29,451 bases of DNA, taken from an uncultured Verrucomicrobiales bacterium (GTDB lineage Bacteria > Verrucomicrobiota > Verrucomicrobiia > Verrucomicrobiales > DEV007). How positions within the stretch are numbered: position 1 is the first letter of the stretch; each line of letters starts with the position of its first letter. Positions 26,858-29,451 of the stretch are shown here, piece after piece. A program made the position numbers and the translations under genes. Location of the stretch: the NCBI GenBank assembly GCA_938091905.1, contig CALKOM010000190.1, positions 1 to 29,451 on the forward strand. Direction: 5' to 3'. The notes under the pieces were generated by a model, which did not search any database, was not told the DNA's origin, and worked only from the letters and a program-made list of their open reading frames with translations.

Positions 26858-27910
26858 ATGAACAGCCTGAGGCAGCTTCTCGAAGGGTTCCGCTTTGCCC
26901 AGCCATGGGTTCTATGCGCTCTCGTTCTAGTGCCGCTCCTCTGGCTCTGGCTAGGAAAGAGACGCGACGCCGCCGCGATTGGCTACTCAAGCCTCAGGCT
27001 CTTTCAAGGCTTGGGTAAACGCCACGGAGGTCGCGAAGGCTGGTTCTCGCATTTACTCATGAGCGCCTCGCTGGTGTTCCTCATCATGGCACTAGCAAGG
27101 CCCCAATCAGGTCAATCGTTCACCAAAGTCCGCGCAAGCGGCATCGATATCCTTCTCGTGCTTGACGTGTCCTCGTCGATGCTTGCTGAGGATTTCTCGA
27201 TCGGCAATCAGCGAACCAATCGCATTACAGCAGTGAAGGCGGTGACAAAAGATTTTATCGAAGACCGCAAGAACGACCGGATGGGAATCATCGCCTTTGG
27301 TGGCAAGCCCTTCCTCGTTAGTCCCATGACACTGGACCACGACTGGCTCTTAAAGAACTTGCAGGAGCGCGTGCAGATCAGCTTTGAGATCGATGGAACC
27401 GCCATTGGTAGCGCGATCAGTTCTGCAGCGAATCGTCTAAAAGATCGCGAAAGCAAGAGCCGAATCATTGTCCTTCTAACAGACGGCACGAACAACGCAG
27501 GCCCGCTTCAACCGACGACAGCAGCGGAAGCAGCCGAGGCCTTAGACATCAGGATCTATACGATTGGTGCCGGCACCCGCGGCATCGCGCCGTTTCCACA
27601 GCTCAATCGCAATGGCCAACAGAGGCGCGATATGTTTGGCAAACCTATGTACGGTCGCGTGCAGGTTGAGTTCGATGAGGAAACGCTGAAAGAAATTGCT
27701 TCGATGACTGGCGGCAAATACTTCCGCGCGACGAACACTGATAGCCTCGAAGCTATTTATGACGAAATCAACCGGCTAGAGAAGACAGAAGCTGAAGTCG
27801 ACCAATACGAACAGTTTGACGAATGGTTCATGTATCTACTCGCACCAGGGGGCATCCTGGCATTGCTCCACTTGCTTCTGCGCTACACTCTCTGGAGGAG
27901 GCTGCCATGA
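26858..27910 (+). CDS. batA: BatA-like vWA domain membrane protein
   Basis: FAQPW.L N-terminus, ALARPQ, MIDAS DVSSSM, GTAIGSAI, LLTDG.NN.G, IYTIG and TGGKYFRA. Confidence 0.88.
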   Translation: MNSLRQLLEGFRFAQPWVLCALVLVPLLWLWLGKRRDAAAIGYSSLRLFQGLGKRHGGREGWFSHLLMSASLVFLIMALARPQSGQSFTKVRASGIDILLVLDVSSSMLAEDFSIGNQRTNRITAVKAVTKDFIEDRKNDRMGIIAFGGKPFLVSPMTLDHDWLLKNLQERVQISFEIDGTAIGSAISSAANRLKDRESKSRIIVLLTDGTNNAGPLQPTTAAEAAEALDIRIYTIGAGTRGIAPFPQLNRNGQQRRDMFGKPMYGRVQVEFDEETLKEIASMTGGKYFRATNTDSLEAIYDEINRLEKTEAEVDQYEQFDEWFMYLLAPGGILALLHLLLRYTLWRRLP

Positions 27911-28929
27911 ACGACGACACGCTTATCCTCGCCAATCCAGGCTGGTTTATTGCCTGCCTCCTTCTCATGCTGGTCATTGTCGTGCGCTACATGTCCCAGG
28001 CACGCTCCACGAAGCTCATCGATCACATGGTGGCCTCACGACTAAAAGACCAATTGCTTGCCGCCCTCCATCCTCTGCGACGTGAACTCAAGTTCTGGCT
28101 CTTCATCGTGGGCTTGTTGGGAATCATAATCGCCTTGGCCCGCCCTCAGAAAGGCTTTCAAGACACGAATACGACGCGTAAGGGGCTCGATGTCGTCTTC
28201 GCTCTAGATACGTCGCGCAGCATGTTGGCTGAAGACATCCAACCCAACCGCCTGGACCGAGCGAAGTTCGCCGTTCTTGATCTCATGGAGATCCTAGAGG
28301 GAGACCGCATTGGCCTCGTGGCCTTTGCTGGAGATGCCTTTGTCCAATGCCCATTGACTACGGACTACAACGCGTTCCGGCGCATCCTTGAGGAAGCTGA
28401 CACCACCCTGCTGCCAACCGGCGGTACGAACATCGCCGGTGCAATCAAAGAATCTCTGAAGAGCTTCATGAAATCCGAGAGCGACAACCGAGCGCTGGTT
28501 CTCATCACCGACGGGGAGGAACTCGATGCCGAGGCTGTTCCCATGGCCCGAAAGGCCTATGACACCCAAGGTGTGCGTATCTTCACCATGGGATTCGGCA
28601 CACCAGAGGGCACCCAAATACAAATCACTCAAGATGGACGCTCTAGCACGTTAGTTGATCCAGACGGCAAAGCCGTTGTAAGCAAGCTCCAGGAAGGTTT
28701 ACTAGAGAATGTGGCGGACGCGGCAGGTGGCTTCTACAGTCGCTTTGAAGGTACGCCGACGTTGCGCAAACTTATCACCGATGGCTTTAGCATGATGACC
28801 CGACAGGACATCGATACCCGCGAACAGCGCAGAGCTATTGATCACTTCCAATGGCCGCTTGGCATTGGGCTAGTATTCTTGTTAGCGTCTCTCGCCATTC
28901 ATGAGACACCCAGGCGAAAGCAGGACTAG
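27907..28929 (+). CDS. batB: BatB-like vWA domain membrane protein
   Basis: ATG 27907 overlaps the batA stop; ALARPQ.G, DTSRSMLAEDIQPNRL, AFAGDAF.QCPLTTDY, GGTNI and ITDGE. Confidence 0.88.
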   Translation: MNDDTLILANPGWFIACLLLMLVIVVRYMSQARSTKLIDHMVASRLKDQLLAALHPLRRELKFWLFIVGLLGIIIALARPQKGFQDTNTTRKGLDVVFALDTSRSMLAEDIQPNRLDRAKFAVLDLMEILEGDRIGLVAFAGDAFVQCPLTTDYNAFRRILEEADTTLLPTGGTNIAGAIKESLKSFMKSESDNRALVLITDGEELDAEAVPMARKAYDTQGVRIFTMGFGTPEGTQIQITQDGRSSTLVDPDGKAVVSKLQEGLLENVADAAGGFYSRFEGTPTLRKLITDGFSMMTRQDIDTREQRRAIDHFQWPLGIGLVFLLASLAIHETPRRKQD

Positions 28930-28937
28930 GATTCCCC

Positions 28938-29294
28938 TCATCCATTGAGCGCCTTGTAGCCGAAACTCGCGATTCCAAGAAGCCCAATACAAAGGCCCGC
29001 TCCCCAGGTGAGCCGGTCTAGCATTGCTAGGGAGCCAGTTACTGTGATAAGCAGTGAAAGCAGAAGTGAGGGCCAGAACGAACTTAGAGCCGAACAGTGC
29101 ACTAGCTGAATGGCAAAGGTCACCCCAAGGGCACCAAAGAGAAGCCCAAGAAACCAGCGGGTCAGCATTTCCCACTGAACCACTCGTTCTAAAATCTGAT
29201 GATCGGTCGTGAGGGTGACGAGGAGCAGAAGAACGGCAGTAGCGCCGAAGAAAGCCCAGGTTTTAACGAGGCTTGGTTTAGGGGCAGCGGCCAT
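28938..29294 (-). CDS. Hypothetical small membrane protein (about 4 TM helices)
   Basis: 118-aa strongly hydrophobic ORF convergent with batB. Confidence 0.6.
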   Translation of the reverse strand: MAAAPKPSLVKTWAFFGATAVLLLLVTLTTDHQILERVVQWEMLTRWFLGLLFGALGVTFAIQLVHCSALSSFWPSLLLSLLITVTGSLAMLDRLTWGAGLCIGLLGIASFGYKALNG

Positions 29295-29295
29295 G

Positions 29296-29451
29296 CTAGG
29301 AGTCTGTCGGACTGCTAGAACAAGCCGAAACCGCAGACAAGAACGACGAAGACCATCAGAAACTTCCTAAAGAAATCGAGCGCCGTGAAGAGCTCATTTC
29401 CAAGATGGATCAAGCCGTCGAGGAGTTAAAGCAACGCGCCACCGTGCGCGA
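29296..29451 (+). mobile_element. IS1182-family-like remnant: CTAG target plus terminal repeat joined to an internal transposase fragment; runs off the window
   Basis: CTAG-GAGTCTGTCGGACT is the reverse complement of AGTCCGACAGACTCCTAG, which I recall as an IS1182-type end. It is followed by LLEQAETADKNDEDHQKLPKEIERREELISKMDQAVEELKQRA, resembling the central coiled-coil of IS1182 transposases. There is no start codon before this segment. Confidence 0.62.

Noticed and set aside
28927..29100. Read-through or frameshift extending batB into a BatC/TPR domain
   Set aside because: The same frame hits another stop within a few codons, no TPR-like sequence is evident, and the opposite strand holds a plausible membrane-protein gene.
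1..29451. Composite transposon or genomic island bounded by the two IS remnants
   Set aside because: The two ends appear to belong to different IS families and the cargo looks like ordinary chromosomal genes; contig breaks at repeats are a simpler explanation.

Overview
Gene-dense bacterial region, most likely from Verrucomicrobia (PVC superphylum), judged from a TIGR02597-like gene, a PEP-CTERM protein, a PVC-type dehydrogenase and a bat-type vWA operon. Both edges carry insertion-sequence remnants: on the left an ISKra4-like right end inserted into a decayed beta-helix pseudogene, on the right an internally deleted IS1182-like element. Between them lie: (1) a MoxR-DUF58-transglutaminase operon; (2) a three-gene cell-surface module made of a TIGR02597-like gene and two tandem paralogues that share an N-terminal domain but have different C-terminal tails (PEP-CTERM versus an 'S.NL..W...FYR' domain); (3) a redox cluster of flavin reductase, Trm112-like protein, exported FAD oxidoreductase coupled to a doubly flavinylated NosR/NapH-like membrane protein, a convergent PVC dehydrogenase ending in an azurin-like copper domain, and an EF-hand-containing PQQ-type propeller; (4) a minus-strand run of ArnT-like and GT2 glycosyltransferases, a degenerate HrgA/COG2958-like protein, a CxxC-less thioredoxin and a Gfo/Idh/MocA oxidoreductase; (5) a LolA-like gene followed by moxR-DUF58-DUF4381-batA-batB. 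Family calls come from recalled motifs, not database searches. No rRNA, tRNA or CRISPR array was seen.
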